Shown piece by piece: positions 34,258-48,109 of a DNA stretch of 64,000 nucleotides. The number at the start of each line of letters is the position of its first letter. The first letter of the stretch is position 1. The stretch covers positions 42,718,001-42,782,000 of the forward strand of contig CM060731.1 of NCBI GenBank assembly GCA_030704615.1, in the 5' to 3' direction. The position numbers and the translations under genes are program-made. The DNA is from Takakia lepidozioides. Taxonomy: Eukaryota > Plantae > Bryophyta. The notes under the pieces were generated by a model. It made no database searches. It was not told the origin of the DNA and saw nothing but the letters and a program-made list of their open reading frames with translations.

Positions 34258-35400
34258 GACCCAATGTCAAACAGGATTGGTCAAGTGAGGTGATTGGACT
34301 CTTGTAGTGGTGTCGTGTCTAGTTATTGCCACTGAGGTGGCAGTGAAGGTAGGTTGCGGGTACTGTCAGTTTGTATTAACAACTGCTAGGTGTCCCCAAC
34401 AGAATTTTTTTTTCCAGTCTGTGACAAAAGACTCTGTAATGTAGGGCTCTGCTTGGGCTGGCCAGTCTTGTGTAAATAACTGGCTCACACGCAAATGTGT
34501 GACCTCATTTTTTGCAATGAGTGATTTTGCTTGTTTTCATTGCCACATTAGTGGAATTTGGAAAAGAGGCTAACGAGACCTTTCAAGTAAAGTGCTGGTG
34601 AGGCAATGTGCTTTATGTGTTGTGATGCAGCATGAAGTGTTTATCCACCTTACTGGGTACTGGTCCATCCGAATTATTCCGGGGAGAAGATTTCAAGTGC
34701 ATACTCTCTACTTCTTGACCTCTTTCTCCCTGTCATGGTGGTCCAAGAAATTTTAACGCCGTACCTGTTATAATGGTGGCTAGTCTGGCTTTCAAGGTAC
34801 CCAGCAAAGGTCACCAGGGGCAGGTATGGGTACACTGTGGGGTATGTTGATCTCATGCTGTAACTGCTCTGAACACATCAATAGTGGTGTGTGATATTGG
34901 GGTTTACACCTATGACCGGTTTGTCACTGAGCTCTTTCTTGGCTTTATGGCCTTGCTCCTGTGCCCTTTTTCTGCCCTTTTGCAGCAGGTAGGCTGCAGT
35001 GGTTGCATGGAGAAGACCATCTGAGGTTCTGGTCTTGTTAAAGTATATGCACAGCTGGGCACATTCATTTCCACGAGTTGATGCTGCTAGTCCCTGTAAC
35101 TTGACCTTCCTACGAGTCTTTCTGTAGCCAGTGCTCGTATAGTGAATATACAATTTGTTGTACATACACTCGAACATAACATATTTGCGTGTCCATCTTA
35201 CTTTCAGAATGACAGTCCCATCAGAACTGGGGATGAAGGAGTAGCTCTAACTGCAAACCGTTTGGATCTTACTCCAAAAGGAGTTAGTCCCCTTTGCTTT
35301 CTTTATGTATTTCATTGCAACTGTCTGCTTTCAGCTTGCCATTTTCACTCTCCTAATCCCTTCTCTGGAATCTTGTTCTAATGACACAGGAGTCAATAAC

Positions 35401-36165
35401 TTAGTATGCGCTTCCAGTTAGACTACTCGGAAATGTCTGTGGCGGGGAAGCCGCGTTGGCCCTGTGTCTTTTCCAGAATAAAGTTGCTAAGCCAATCACC
35501 GTGGCCACCATTAGCAACGCCAAGACAACTGCGAGGGCCCTCACACTGTTCTTGTAGTTGCTTGGACTTCCTGCAACAAACATACAGGAATTCTGTTCGC
35601 CTGTGAGAGAAAGGAAAATGTTCCGCGGAAACCAAAGAGATACTTAGAAGTAAGGAAAGGAGATGAAGGCATGTGAACCAAAAGCCCAGGGAGCTACCTG
35701 TCTTAAGTCTCCCAATCAGTCAAGATGAGGGGGGTTGGAAACATAATCACCAGTATTGTCGTCTGTTCTTTGAACAAGATAGACAGGACATTGAACGCAC
35801 AGGTCGGCGGTGACATTGCAGAGGCCCGGCAGCACCTTCTGCCTGGTTGCATTGACGTACGCAGGTGGATAGAAAGTGACACTACAGAGGCATGCCTGAT
35901 ACGCAATTGAAGCATTGTGAACTGCTGTACAGCAGTCCTCGGATGGGAGTCCAACTGAATCTGTGAGGAAAGGCAAGCAAACCCCCATACTACTGTTGCT
36001 ACTTTGCAAGTCACTTTCAATACAAGCGGAAGGCGAAACCATCTGGTGGCTGGAAAGGTTGCATGTTGGTGGAGCTGATGCTCGGGCTATTTGTCCTCCC
36101 ACAATCACCAGAAACACCGTGACCACCAATGCTGATTCCCATTTGACGGTAATTTGGGAACCCAT
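35401..36165 (-). CDS. Non-specific lipid-transfer (8-Cys motif) domain protein with signal peptide and C-terminal transmembrane helix; 2 exons (36165-35751, 35570-35401)
   Basis: Signal peptide, then C..CLPF..PS.DCC..CLC..LP.LC motif. A phase-1 GT-AG intron joins in frame to ALAVVLALLMVATVIGLATLFWKRHR and a tail of about 20 aa. Confidence 0.85.
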
Positions 36166-37832
36166 GTTGTAGATTTCTGGTCTCGGGTGCCCTTTTCTAA
36201 CTGTCCTAGCCTCTTACTCTCGTCGATCGTGGGTCTCTTCAGAGCTTCGCCCCATTCACTGATGGTGAATCGGACGAGTTGCCAAGCACTGCCTTGCCCG
36301 CAGCTGAAACATTGACCTTCCTGTTTGCTCACCTGCACCAGTAGTCTCTACTGCTTGCAGTTGCTCATTACCGAATAGAATCCGAACACTTCCCTTTCCG
36401 ACTATGTCCTTCACATAACTCTAGAAGTTCCATCTAAGACGAGAAGCCTGAGCCACATTTAACTCTGACAAATAGAGGAATCGTATAACAGCAAGCTAAA
36501 GTGTAGGGACAGCGTTGGACTTAGCCGCGACTACAACCCAAAAACCAACCTCCCCTTTTAGAAACAGAGGTTAACGAATTGATATTGCACAGATCTTCCA
36601 CAACAAGCTCGTTCGAGTAAAACACAGAAAAAGTCTGGAATGCATTGGAGACGATCAGAGAGGGACCGGAGATAATGCAGGTTCAGCTTATACACTTTAC
36701 AGGACGATTTCAAACGCTGTCGTGACGGTATCCGATCGGCGCTACTGTCGTCTGGATCTGATTGCGATAGAGGTGCAAACACAAAATAACGACGCAGAGA
36801 GAGCCTTTATCCAGGAGCTGGAGAAAGACGACGATTGTTGTATCCCTGCAAGGAGTGGAAGGCACACAGTAACACACAGGTATGACTTCCAACTTTGAAG
36901 AGAAAAAAGCTGACAAGATGCGGGAGAGTGACACTCCATCGCACATAATAATGGGGTCTGAAACACATGTGCTGCAGGCCCCATCCTCCATGATTATAAG
37001 GTCATGGGCCATTGCTAGCAATCGTGGGGCCCGCACTTCACCTCACCCACCCACACACCATAGCCAACGTGAACATGAATTTCATGAATCAGAGGCAGAC
37101 CACTCCACCTCCATGAATGTGCAAACGTGCACAGTGCACACCCCCATTGCTCTCGGACGCTGTGCAGTAATTGGTGGGATCTATCTAGTCTTTTAGTCAG
37201 ACTTGGTCGCTTGGCTCTATGCAAAGTTTCTTTTCTCTTTGCCTCTATCCCTCCAATACTAAGTTTTATGCTCTTGGGCCCATTGGCACATTTAGCTATG
37301 TAGTTTCTCTGTTGATCATTACAGATGGGTGCACATTCGAATTAATAGTAGTAATAGATTGTTTCTTTTGTTGGCTTCTCCTAAGGAGACTCGACCAGGC
37401 ATCATGCAATGATAGGTGCTTTTCTCCTGCTGTACCTTCCCAACTCCTTTTTTTTTTCTCTCTGAGAAAAGGGGAGGGAGCCCTTTAGAGCTTCATTAAA
37501 GATTATTGACGGGAAAAAATTAAAACCCTTACATGCCCCAAGGCTGCCATGAGACCTAGATCAGCGAACTGTGATGGAGATACCGAACTTAACACCAGTG
37601 TGATGTTCTGGTATTGAAATTTGCTCATACACGACGAGGACGGGTATCACACTTTAACAATTTACCTAACAGCTGGTATGTGTGTGCTTCAAAATTTCAA
37701 ATTTACAGGTGCTGCATCTGATATGAATAATGTAGTAATGTTTGTTTACAGATGACGTGTTCACAAATGTTGATATCATGTCACAAATGATATGTTCAAT
37801 GACATGATATAAACTGCATCAAGTGAAGAGAG

Positions 37833-38155
37833 TTTTTTTTTTTTAAATAAATAATTTATTTATAATTTATTATTATTAATTAATAACCGAAGGAACGCCT
37901 GTTAATTAAATTAAAATGAAAACAGGGAAAAATAACCCTGAAGGGAGTCACGGTGAAGCATACAAAGGGGATACCACCCGTAACCGAAAAGTCAGAGGGA
38001 CACAGAGGAGCCTAAGACAGAAAGACAAAGGGGCCTAGGAGGTCGGAAGAGCAGGAGATAAGGAGGTCAGTAAGACCTTAGAGCATCCCCACCCTTCTCA
38101 CTGAAATGGCCCCTCTGTGTCCGTTTTGAAGAGGTTGGTTCAGGACTCTCGAAAG
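37833..38155 (-). mobile_element. Possible LINE 3' end with poly(A)
   Basis: T-run at 37833-37844 with an AT-rich tail and a short ORF end upstream on the minus strand. No TSD found. Confidence 0.3.
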
Positions 38156-39397
38156 GTGTGTGAAGGGGTCGGCTGCTCGTAGCCACACCCTTGCCCCTCC
38201 TTACGCCCTTGTATCCATTGTCCCCGCCTTGCTGGAGTTCCAGCGACATTCTCGTACGCTCTGACACGCTTCTCACACGTGCCAGCACGCTGTGACATAT
38301 CCATGTTCAGGACGCTGAATATCATGCACATATTCAGTGAAAGAGAGGCGGTTCAGTGTCCGCCCTTAACGGCGTATACGATAGCGGGGCAAGGGTGTGG
38401 TAGGGAATTCCAAAAAGGCCTTGATGTGAAATGCATAGCAATTCACTTGATCACCCCCCTAAAAGTAGATGAAAATAATAGAGCTGAAGAGATAAATATG
38501 AAGGAACTGAATATAATAGAACTGAAAGGGTAAATCTGAAGGGAATTGAATATAATAGAGCGGCTGAAGGCCCGCTAAATCTGCAGGGAACTGAATACAG
38601 TGAAATTATAACACTCACCAAGTTATGAATGAATGGGTAACAATAGATGGACAAGAATCTAGAATATACTGAAAATGGCTATTTATTGGGGAAGATATGA
38701 TCTTGATAGATAGGTATTAACTGGGGAAGGTACATCGGGAGAAAACAATCACTATCGTGTGGTCTCTCCTCATAAGGGAGGAGCCAACAAACTCCTCATG
38801 AGTTGGCAACTAGCTACTCACTAATAAAACCATTATTCATAGAATTGAAATGGACTTGAAATGACCCATTTCAACTCTTAAAATAGAGTTGAGATGATCC
38901 CTTTTTCCATGTCCACACTAAGATATAACCACATATTCATACTAGTCCTTAAAACCACAAATGCACACATGTTGTCTTGGTAGCATAAGTGTGGGTAGCT
39001 ACATTACCTCTAGGACTATGGTACTTCTAGGTTCAGGGCATATGGAGGGCACTTGGTCCTAAGCTTCGTATTGTCCAAAGGTGTCTCTCCTCCAGCCAGT
39101 CTCAATGACCCAATAAGTCCCAATGTGTGCGATTGCTTATCCATACATGGTTGATTAGTGTTTGTTTGACTCCATGGTTTAATTTTGTTGCATCTGCTCA
39201 ATCTACTTTAAAGACTCTACCACGACAAAGTGTTGTGGTGCGGTATGTGTAACAATTTCTTTTGCAAAGATCCAATAATTTTATGGTCTCACATAAATGG
39301 ACAAGTTATGTTTACACAAAATTTATTAAATACATTATCTTGTCTTCAAACAATTCTTTATAAAGCCCCATATTTTTTGCCATACAATTATTATACC

Positions 39398-39770
39398 TAC
39401 AACATAATTCTTCATTCACACTAAAAATAAGTTATTTTGAATATATATATTTATATAAAAATTCATTTACCAAAATACTAACCAACTATTATCTACTATC
39501 TAGACTTATGGTTCACAACTTCATGATGTTTGGACAATTGCTTGCACAAACCAAAATTCTAGTGACCACTGATATTTTGAATCGTACAATTATTTTGTGA
39601 GATTTGAATATGTCAGTTTACAACATAATTCTTCATTCACACTGAAAAAAATTATTTTTTAAGGAATTTTATTTACCATATAAAGCTTCATTTCAAATAC
39701 AACCTACTACTATGTAGTATGGTTCACAACTTCATAATATTTGGACAGTTGCTTGCACAAACTGCAATTC
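39398..39770. repeat. Diverged tandem duplication, period about 215 bp
   Basis: CAACATAATTCTTCATTCACACT and TATGGTTCACAACTTCAT..TTGCTTGCACAAAC each occur twice. Confidence 0.85.
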
Positions 39771-40021
39771 TGCGGATCACAACTAAAAGTCGAAGACTAG
39801 TTTTAATATAGAGCAGGTATAGGTTGCCATAGTTCCATGTCATCATCAGCCACGTCATCGCCGTCATTGTTAATTTGAGCTGCCTTGAAAGAAAAACTGA
39901 AGTATGAAGCTCATTGTTTTCAAAGATTCTGCTCTAATATTATTTTCTTTCTTTCTTTTGTTTTCTTCACATATTCAATACAAATGTTACAGCACTTCTA
40001 AATATCAATATATGAAGCTAG

Positions 40022-40057
<36 letters not shown>

Positions 40058-40084
40058 TGTTTGTTTGTTTGTTTTTGTATTATT

Positions 40085-40890
40085 TTGTATTGTAGCGTTG
40101 AGATCTCCCAGACCGCGGGGCCTTGCAAGTACCACTCGATGAGTATGAGGAGGGGTGCACCGACTTGATCTCATAATTTTTGGACCTGCGCTATGGGAGA
40201 TATGGAATTTGAAATACTTTTGGTCACTAGGAATTCGCGAAAAATAACAAAGTGGGCTCTCCTCGAACAATAATTGGCCCTTCATTTGTCTAAGTTTGTG
40301 CCCGTGGACATAAATGTAATTTGGGTTTATTTTTAAATACTGACGTTCACAATATTATTGTTTGTAGCGTCGTTGAAATCCCGGGGTCTCCGGCCACGAT
40401 TTTGGTACAGTTGGAAACCCCTCGATGAGTAAGGGTGCACCGACTTGGTTTGACAAAATTTGGATCCTACGGGCCGAGAGCTATGGAATTATGAACAATT
40501 TTGGTCTCTAAAAATTCAACTAAATTACAAAATCGAGTGTTGGAAGGACATTGGAGGTTGCACTTGGGCCTTGACATGCATGAGATGTACTTGGATACAT
40601 AGGCGATTGCACATTGGGCTTAGATGGGCATTTAGGGAATTCCAAATAGGCCTTGATGTGAAATGCAAATTCCTATTTGGAATTCCCTAGGGCATTGACA
40701 TAGAAGACACACATGGGATACATAAGACATTGCACTTGGTCTTAAATTTCAATTCTTCACACATGGGCCGAGGGGCACATGCTACCCTAGAGGTCGCACT
40801 TGGGCCTCGACATAGGTGGGATACATATGAGATCTTGCACTTGGGCTTAGATGACAGTAGAGACTTGGGCCAACAGCACATGCTACCCTA
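40085..40890. repeat. Degenerate repeat element: two diverged direct repeats, several CACTTGGG motifs and an 18-bp inverted repeat
   Basis: TTGTAGCGT..GGGTGCACCGACTTG at ~40090 and ~40362. TAGGGAATTCCAAATAGG (40633-40650) pairs with its reverse complement (40672-40689). Confidence 0.6.
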
Positions 40891-43800
40891 GTTTATTATG
40901 ATAAAACCACCATACCAAAATCAATGGTATGCTAGTTTTCGAAATTGTACAACAATATTACTTAACTTATTGAGAGGAATATTCTAATGTGATAGTGGAT
41001 ATTTTGTTTTACTGATTTTTGTGTATTTTTTTAAAGAGGCTTACAATATTTCAGGCCCTTACAAGAGGATGGGAGGAAATTACCCCATTTCGTATAAGCT
41101 ATGGACCTGCTACTATGGAGGTATACTTGAAATCTGAACCCCAGACAACAGCCATGAAACCCAAATAAGACTATGCCCCACAAGTAAGAGGGATTGAATC
41201 CCAAATTACTTGGTGGGGGGGCATATTAACCCCTAATGGACGAGGCGCCCCGTTTTGGGTCAGGGTCGCGTCAGAAATCATCCACGATGGCAAATTGTTG
41301 GATAACCTTGGATGAAAGAACTTTATGAAGGAAAGTTGTGCGCCTTGATGTCATGCACCTGCCCGTCTTTATGGCACCCTAAAATAATAAAAGCCATGTC
41401 GTTAGTAATTTTCTTAGTGTGCAATTTTTTTAGTGTGCACGGGTGCCCTAAATTGGTCGTCCAGCAGCTTTTTGACTTAGTGACGTGGCAGGCTGAAGGG
41501 ATGACAACAAGGCAAAAGTACAAATGGAAACAAATGCAAATCTCTGCCTGAATTTTTGTTAGAATTCTGAATTTCTTTTTGGAGGTAGTAGTCCATCATT
41601 CAAGGAACACTTTCACCGCAGCAATTGTGATTCCAAGGAAATTTCGACCCCCTAAGCCTGAATTACATGTCATTTGAGCTTCATGGTGTGTTTTGACCCC
41701 CCTGTTTTTCCATACAAAGCAACCTTATCAAGATTTTGGAATTCTGCTTTGAAATTTTGGGGCAACATGCTTTAGGTGCCACATAATTGGAATCTGGATG
41801 GGGTCTTGTGAGGAAAAAATATTTTGTCGATCCAATTTCTTGGTCAAACCATTTTTCCGCTCTAAATTTTTGGCTTGCAAATTTCTTATAATCTTCCAAA
41901 CGACACGGTGAAATGAGCTGAAATTTTCACAGAAGCTGGATGAAGTAGGTAGCCTCCCATTCATATGGTTCATCCCTGTGGATGTTAGTTTCCTGAGAGA
42001 TATACCCTCATCCAGGAGGGTATGTCCTCATGTTTTGGAGGGGGCCACCAAAAACTGCCTCCTCGATTTAGGGGTTAAAGTGATTAGTGTAAATTATTTT
42101 GTTATTTCCATTAAGTAAGATGTTGACCCAATTTAAAAAAAATTAGCTAGGTTGGTGAAAATGGGTGATACACCTATGTGGCCACCCGTTAGATGACCTT
42201 AGATGACCTTGTGCCAGCCAACTTGGATGTCATAAAGATCTTCACCTTCCCACCGGAAGGTGGGAAGATAGCCTTCGGGATCAAGTGACACCATAATTTA
42301 CACTTGCTTCCATGTTCTCTATCAAGGAAACTTTGTGAAGCAAGGAAAATAGAGCTTTGCGAGGTCATCACCTCACAGAGATATGGAAGACTGCGTGCGA
42401 CCACCCTGGCTCACAAGCAAAATATGAAGCTTGATTGGCCCGTTCAGAAAGCTCCCAAGTTCAAATTTTGAAAAATTTGGGCCAAAATGGAGTCTACATG
42501 TTTTTGGAGGGATTGAGTTAATGCAATAAAAGTCCAAGAGCTGCTTCTAAGGCAACAGCGCCTATAGTGGGCCCAACTATTGTGTGCATATAACCTGTGC
42601 AACATTTAGCCCAATGGTAAGGGCACAAGCCGCTTCATCTTCATTAAGACCAGGCCACCAACAAAGCTTCCATGGGCCAGAGGGAGATGATGGAGGGAGT
42701 GTATGGACAAGCAAAGTAGCTCACACCCAACTTTCCACCAGGACCCCCCCTGATACTACACACGTGAACTTCTCCACGTGCTTGAGGGAGACTCTCCACT
42801 TGCATGTTATGACAATTGGTGATCCAACACAGCCCATGCCATGTCAATTTTCTCCTTTTGTTTTCCCTTTTTTGGGATTCACTTTGTAGAGTAAACATTG
42901 GTGGTTTAGAAATTAGAAACAAAGCTTTAAAAACTTTCCCACACCTCCACCGAAAAATATAGAAAGGATGAGGCCTCCACCACATTACGACGCCTCCCCA
43001 AGGAAGCTTAAAATTTGGGACACCTCCACCACATTATGTCTTTGTGCCTTGCATTTTACTACTTGCATGCAGATCCCTTATTCTCAATACATGCAACTTG
43101 ATTGGTAGTCACCCAAAGGTATGCCCTCTTTGATATAACCCAACACCAGAAAGGGGCACTACCCTTAAGGACGGGAAAAGGCTCTTATTTACACTAACTT
43201 TGGTTGCTGTTCTCTCTCCGTTGATTTAGTTCATATACGCTGGAAATTACCTCCCTGCAAGTTGTCTTAATTGTCATCTCTAAAGGGAAATTGCTTGTTA
43301 CAAAAACTTTTGAAAAAGAAAGAGAGTAAGAAAAAGTTAGAGAGATATATATGATATATATGTAACTTGACTTTTTTCTTTCCTTCTAAGGAGGAGACTA
43401 AGTTATGTATATTCTGTTTGGTTTTTTTTAATTTTTCTTGTTTTCCAAAGGAAACTGGTGCTCACAATTCCGGGGGGCCCTTGAGGAGTGGGAAAAATTA
43501 ACCCCCTTTCGGATAAGCCATTGGGCAGACGTCACCCCACACCAACCAGTCACAAAATAAAATCATATGTATGTATATATATTACAGAACAGGTGATGAA
43601 TTTTATGAATAATTATTTAAGGGAAAATATTGTTTAAAATAATTAATTTATTAATAAATTCGCAGGAATTGAAAAGTGATGTATATATATATTATTTCCC
43701 CCTCCTCAAGGGCCTGAATTGTTCCCAGGTTTCCTTTAAAGAAGAAATATATATATATATATATTAAAATATTTTGGGGAAAGAGTGGCCCGGCCGGTCC

Positions 43801-44101
43801 CTCGAGTAAGTTACTTTATTGGTGGCCCATGCGCATCAAACCATCCATCATCATCATGGCTGCTCATGTGGATGCTGTACACGTGGAGAATCCAAGGTTC
43901 CAAATCGAGAGGTGAAAAGCAGTGTTGATGGCGGCTCGAGTCGTTGCGTGTCGAGTGCGAGGGAGAAGAGCAGGGAACACAAAGAGTCAAGGCTGCCGTC
44001 TGGACACTTCTTTGCACGAGAAGCGCAGCTTGTTTTTTGGCTCTTCCGTTTCTGCTTCTGGGCTCAGGTTTTCCACGTCTATCTTCAAAGGTCCGGTCCA
44101 A

Positions 44102-44481
44102 TAAGCTTCTAGTACCCAGCTTCAAGAGCTCGTTTCCGTCTGCTGGACTACAATTCATCGCTTACTATATGTCATTATGGAGCCATGCTTCATGCACTGA
44201 AGGACTCTTGATTCTGGGCTTCATGATCTTGCGTGTGAGTGATTTGACTACTGGGAAGGATTTTAGTCTGGAAGAATAGTTGGGCTGCTTATTTTAAGCT
44301 TCTAGTATCCTTCAAGAGCTGGTAGGGAGCTGGTTTCCGTCTGCTGGACTACAATTCATCGCTTGCTATATGTCATCTGGAGCCATGCTTCTGAAGGACT
44401 CTTGATTCTGGGCTTCATGATCTTGCGTGTGAGTGATTTGATTACTAGGAAGGATTTTAGTCTGGCAGAATAGTTGAGCTG
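44102..44481 (+). repeat. Tandem duplication of about 193 bp immediately upstream of the 44507 ORF
   Basis: TAAGCTTCTAGTA...GAAGGATTTTAGTCTGG.AGAATAGTTG occurs twice with high identity. Confidence 0.95.
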
Positions 44482-44506
44482 TTTGGAGGTTGGGTGATCC
44501 TGCAAC

Positions 44507-45025
44507 ATGAGCTGGAAAAAGAAGGGGTTTAGGTCAAACTTGTTTGATACGGATTTGCGATGCGAGTCGAGAGCACCGGCCTTGAGAGATGAGGATTTCA
44601 GAAGCTGGGGGCCAGACTCCGGCTGCAGTAAGGGCGAGAGAGAGCCTTTGATGTATAATTTTCCTGAGAAGGTGGTTGAGCGACCATGCTTTCGAGGGGT
44701 GAAGAGGATGGAATCGTACAAGGCGCCCTCTATGATGACGACTCTGGAAACCATTGCCGAAGATCAGCCTGATTTTCTAAATTTCCAACGATCCAGATCG
44801 GTCCCTGTCTTGAGTCGGCAATCATGCACCAGATATCGCACACTAGACTCCGGAAGCATCTGCAAGAGTAGTGAAATTTATGGGGTTCATAACACTTTTG
44901 GAAAAGGTAGCCGAAAGCCTCTACGTGACGACTCCTGGAAAGCTCTTGTGCGGGACTTGCTGAAGGGGTTCAAACTTCGTGAAGTTTGTCGTCGATTTTT
45001 CGCAAGACTGAGACCCCGTTCCTGA
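44507..45025 (+). CDS. Intronless 172-aa protein of unknown function, probably disordered
   Basis: ATG in an AACATG context, protein-like composition, and an AT/TA-rich promoter-like region at 43560-43770. No domain recognised. Confidence 0.6.
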   Translation: MSWKKKGFRSNLFDTDLRCESRAPALRDEDFRSWGPDSGCSKGEREPLMYNFPEKVVERPCFRGVKRMESYKAPSMMTTLETIAEDQPDFLNFQRSRSVPVLSRQSCTRYRTLDSGSICKSSEIYGVHNTFGKGSRKPLRDDSWKALVRDLLKGFKLREVCRRFFARLRPRS

Positions 45026-47271
45026 AACGTCAGGATCTGTCATTTGCACGACATAACAATTGTAGCTCGCTCTGGTACGAACTCGCGATGTTTCGAAACT
45101 TCCACGATTCAGGCTGGTACGCCGTGTCACAGTTCAAGCAGTCAGCTCAACTGTGAAATTCTATGGCGGAATATTGCTTGGAAAAAACTCATCGCATGTT
45201 TCTACGATTCAGAGCATTTAACCTTCGACTTCACTGTATAAGGGTAGATCATATCATTGATCTCAGCAGTACCAAATTGTTATGCCCCTGGGGAAGTAGT
45301 CAGTTGTCTAGCTGGCTATTGAACTGTCGGGTCTGACGGTCTGCCAACTTGTACAGATACTTTGTCATGAGGTTCTCGATCCGGACGTCACATACTTCAA
45401 ATTGGGTATCAACACACTGGTACTAGGAGGGATGATTGCACGACAGAGGGTAGCTTTAGACAGTTGTACATGCCAACGTATCCACAGAAGTGGATATGTT
45501 ACTAATCAGTCTGCAGTGGTGCCCTCCATTTCTAGACTCACAGTCGGAAGAGTTGACAAGATCCGATTCAGTAGAGCATGTTTGAAAATAATTACATGTA
45601 TACTTCCACAAAGGTTGACATATATAATTCACGAGTGCACGTTTTCTGTCTTCAACCCCCCACTTCGTAGATATCGTCTGATCATTTGAATGCTACTGAA
45701 AGATCATTTAAAATAAAAATCAAAGCTAGATTTAGACCTACATCATGTTCAAAATCAGATTTTTACTGGTTGCATGTGATAGTGCACACTTATTAATTTC
45801 TGCACCAACAATTGCATGCAAGGGGTTGTTTTCCTTGCGCTCTCTGCAGTGCCATTTTGGGGTCTGGAAGGAAGTGGGCAGCAAGATATTTCACTTGTTA
45901 TTTTGCTACACTGCAATCATTCATGTTTAGAAATTTGCTGATGATGATGTGACGATGATATGATGATGTGAGGATATTGTGTTTTAATACATTAGTTAAT
46001 AGGAACATGATCTTGACCGAACTTGATGAGTCTTGAACAACCAGTAGAGAGTCAAGCAAGCGCTGCTAAAGGTGGAGGCCCCCACTATCCTTGTCTCACT
46101 CGTGGGCCTCTTAGTAGCAGCAGGTGCTGATGGTCTCCCATGCCAACGAAGCAATATCACAGCAGTTGCTACGGAAATGATATTGTTCACTATATTTGGG
46201 CAGCAGTTACTGGGGTTGAACAAATTCTTCACATGAGCACTGTACTGAGGCCGCAATTGGGAATCAGTAATATTAAGCTGAAATTACACGTTGGAAACTC
46301 AGCCTCAAAATGAGGCGATGAGGTCAATGTTTTCTTCAGATCCCCTTTGTAGCATCACTGGGGAGAGGAGGAATAGAGCAAGAAACCACCATGTAGCATA
46401 GTAGTAGCAGGAACTTTAAAGGAACTGTGTAATTCAAGACCCCTGCAGTATCATTTCGGAGGCAAAGTGAAAGACGGAGACATAAACGGGGGAACAATAT
46501 ACGGGCGAGGTGGGGGACACTAGTGCCATGACAACTTGGGGTACCTAGAGGCTAGTTTTGCAAAACCCAAGTTACACAATGTGAGTTCGGCACTCGTTCG
46601 GCACTAACCACTTGAGAATATACATGCACAATTGTGGGTGCGAGACACCTCTGTAATCTAACTCCACAGCATATCATTCTGCTGATATGTTTTATCGGTG
46701 TCAGTATTTCATTGAAGTTCTCAGGTGTCTCACTGCCACGTCTCGTGTACTTTCGGTAGTCCTTGCTCTTTTAGGGGCATCCCTTGGAGCTTGCACATGC
46801 ATGCTCTCCCAAAGGATTTCTTTCGTTCTCCATACTTGAAAGCACAATTGATAGGGTCCTATCTGAACGAAATAATAATAGTGAACATGGATAGTTAGGG
46901 CCTTACTCTTGCAAGATTGGATACCATTCCGACCTATTCCACCTCTAGTGAAATTAGTTAACACATTTGCACTGTTCTCCTGCAGAATCAGCCCCTTGTT
47001 TTGTTTCGTGCAAGATGACAGCCAGACGCATTATGACTACTGAGCAACAGAGGCCCGTCCCAGCAGTTGAGGGGATTCAGATTTTTCTTCCGAATTCTAA
47101 TGCTTCTGTTTTGCTTGTAGTCACATAGCTAGAAATAGCGGGCTCAGACAGGTGAATATAAAGGAGGCAAAGAGCATCAGGCCTGTTTGAAGTGCATGCC
47201 ACTGTTTGGACTACATGGGGCAGTACAAATCGCAGAAAAATGAAACAACAGACAAAATGTGAACTACTTAC

Positions 47272-47549
47272 TTTATTGGGAACAGAGCCTCATGAATCTC
47301 CTGCAGAACTTCCAAATCAGAAGGGCGGATGGGTCGGTAAGCAATGGCTGGAGGGTGGGTTGTGATGGGCAACCTGGGTGCCACTGTCAATGTCACAAAC
47401 CAATTACCACTGGTGCTTGAAGACCCTGGTGCAGACACACCTCCTAATGCGTAACTGTGCAAACTGCCACTCTGATGCAGTAGCTGTTGCTGTATTTGAT
47501 AGAAGGAATGATGCATTTGCTGTTGCTCAACCCCCTGTGACGCGAACAT
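47272..47549 (-). pseudogene. Isolated first coding exon of a GNAT acetyltransferase (MCC1/NAA60-like)
   Basis: AIAYRPIRPSDLEVLQEIHEALFPIK followed by a GTAAGT donor matches the MCC1/NAA60 N-terminus. No downstream exons were recognised. Confidence 0.7.
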
Positions 47550-48109
47550 GATCTCGCATATTCAAAAGATCTCAAACCACTAGTCCTGTGGTGCCAATCT
47601 CACAAATGCCATTTCTGCTGCCCCATGGCAGATAGGTCATTAACCACTCACCACCAACCCTAATATCTGTCAGTCGCAGCTCACTTCTCCTCAGTTCACG
47701 AATCTACTGGAATTGAATTGATTCAAGGTCACACCCAATCATACCACGACAGAATACTGGCCTCTACGTATATTCCAGTTGCCTCCAGTATGGTTACTGT
47801 GACCCCTCATCAAAGAAAGGCAATCTAATAGGCCTCCTGAAAGCCCTGATAGACTCATGGTTGGTCATTGCTACTCCACCTTGGCCTCAACGTTATACAG
47901 AGTTTTGGCACACCAATCGGACCCTTTCTGTGTGGGGGACCAAAGGCCATGTGGTCCTGGTAGGTGACTTTAATGCCTGGGTGGGCAAGAGTCTACAACA
48001 AGACGATGTCATAGGGCTTTTGGTTGGTGAGGACACGCATAATTCCAATGGCAAAAGAGTTATGAATTAGAACTTCAGCTTCTGACCTTCAACAATAGAT
48101 CCATAGAAG

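Noticed and set aside
38158-38296. Solo LTR (TG...CA)
   Set aside because: No TSD, PBS, PPT or second copy was seen.
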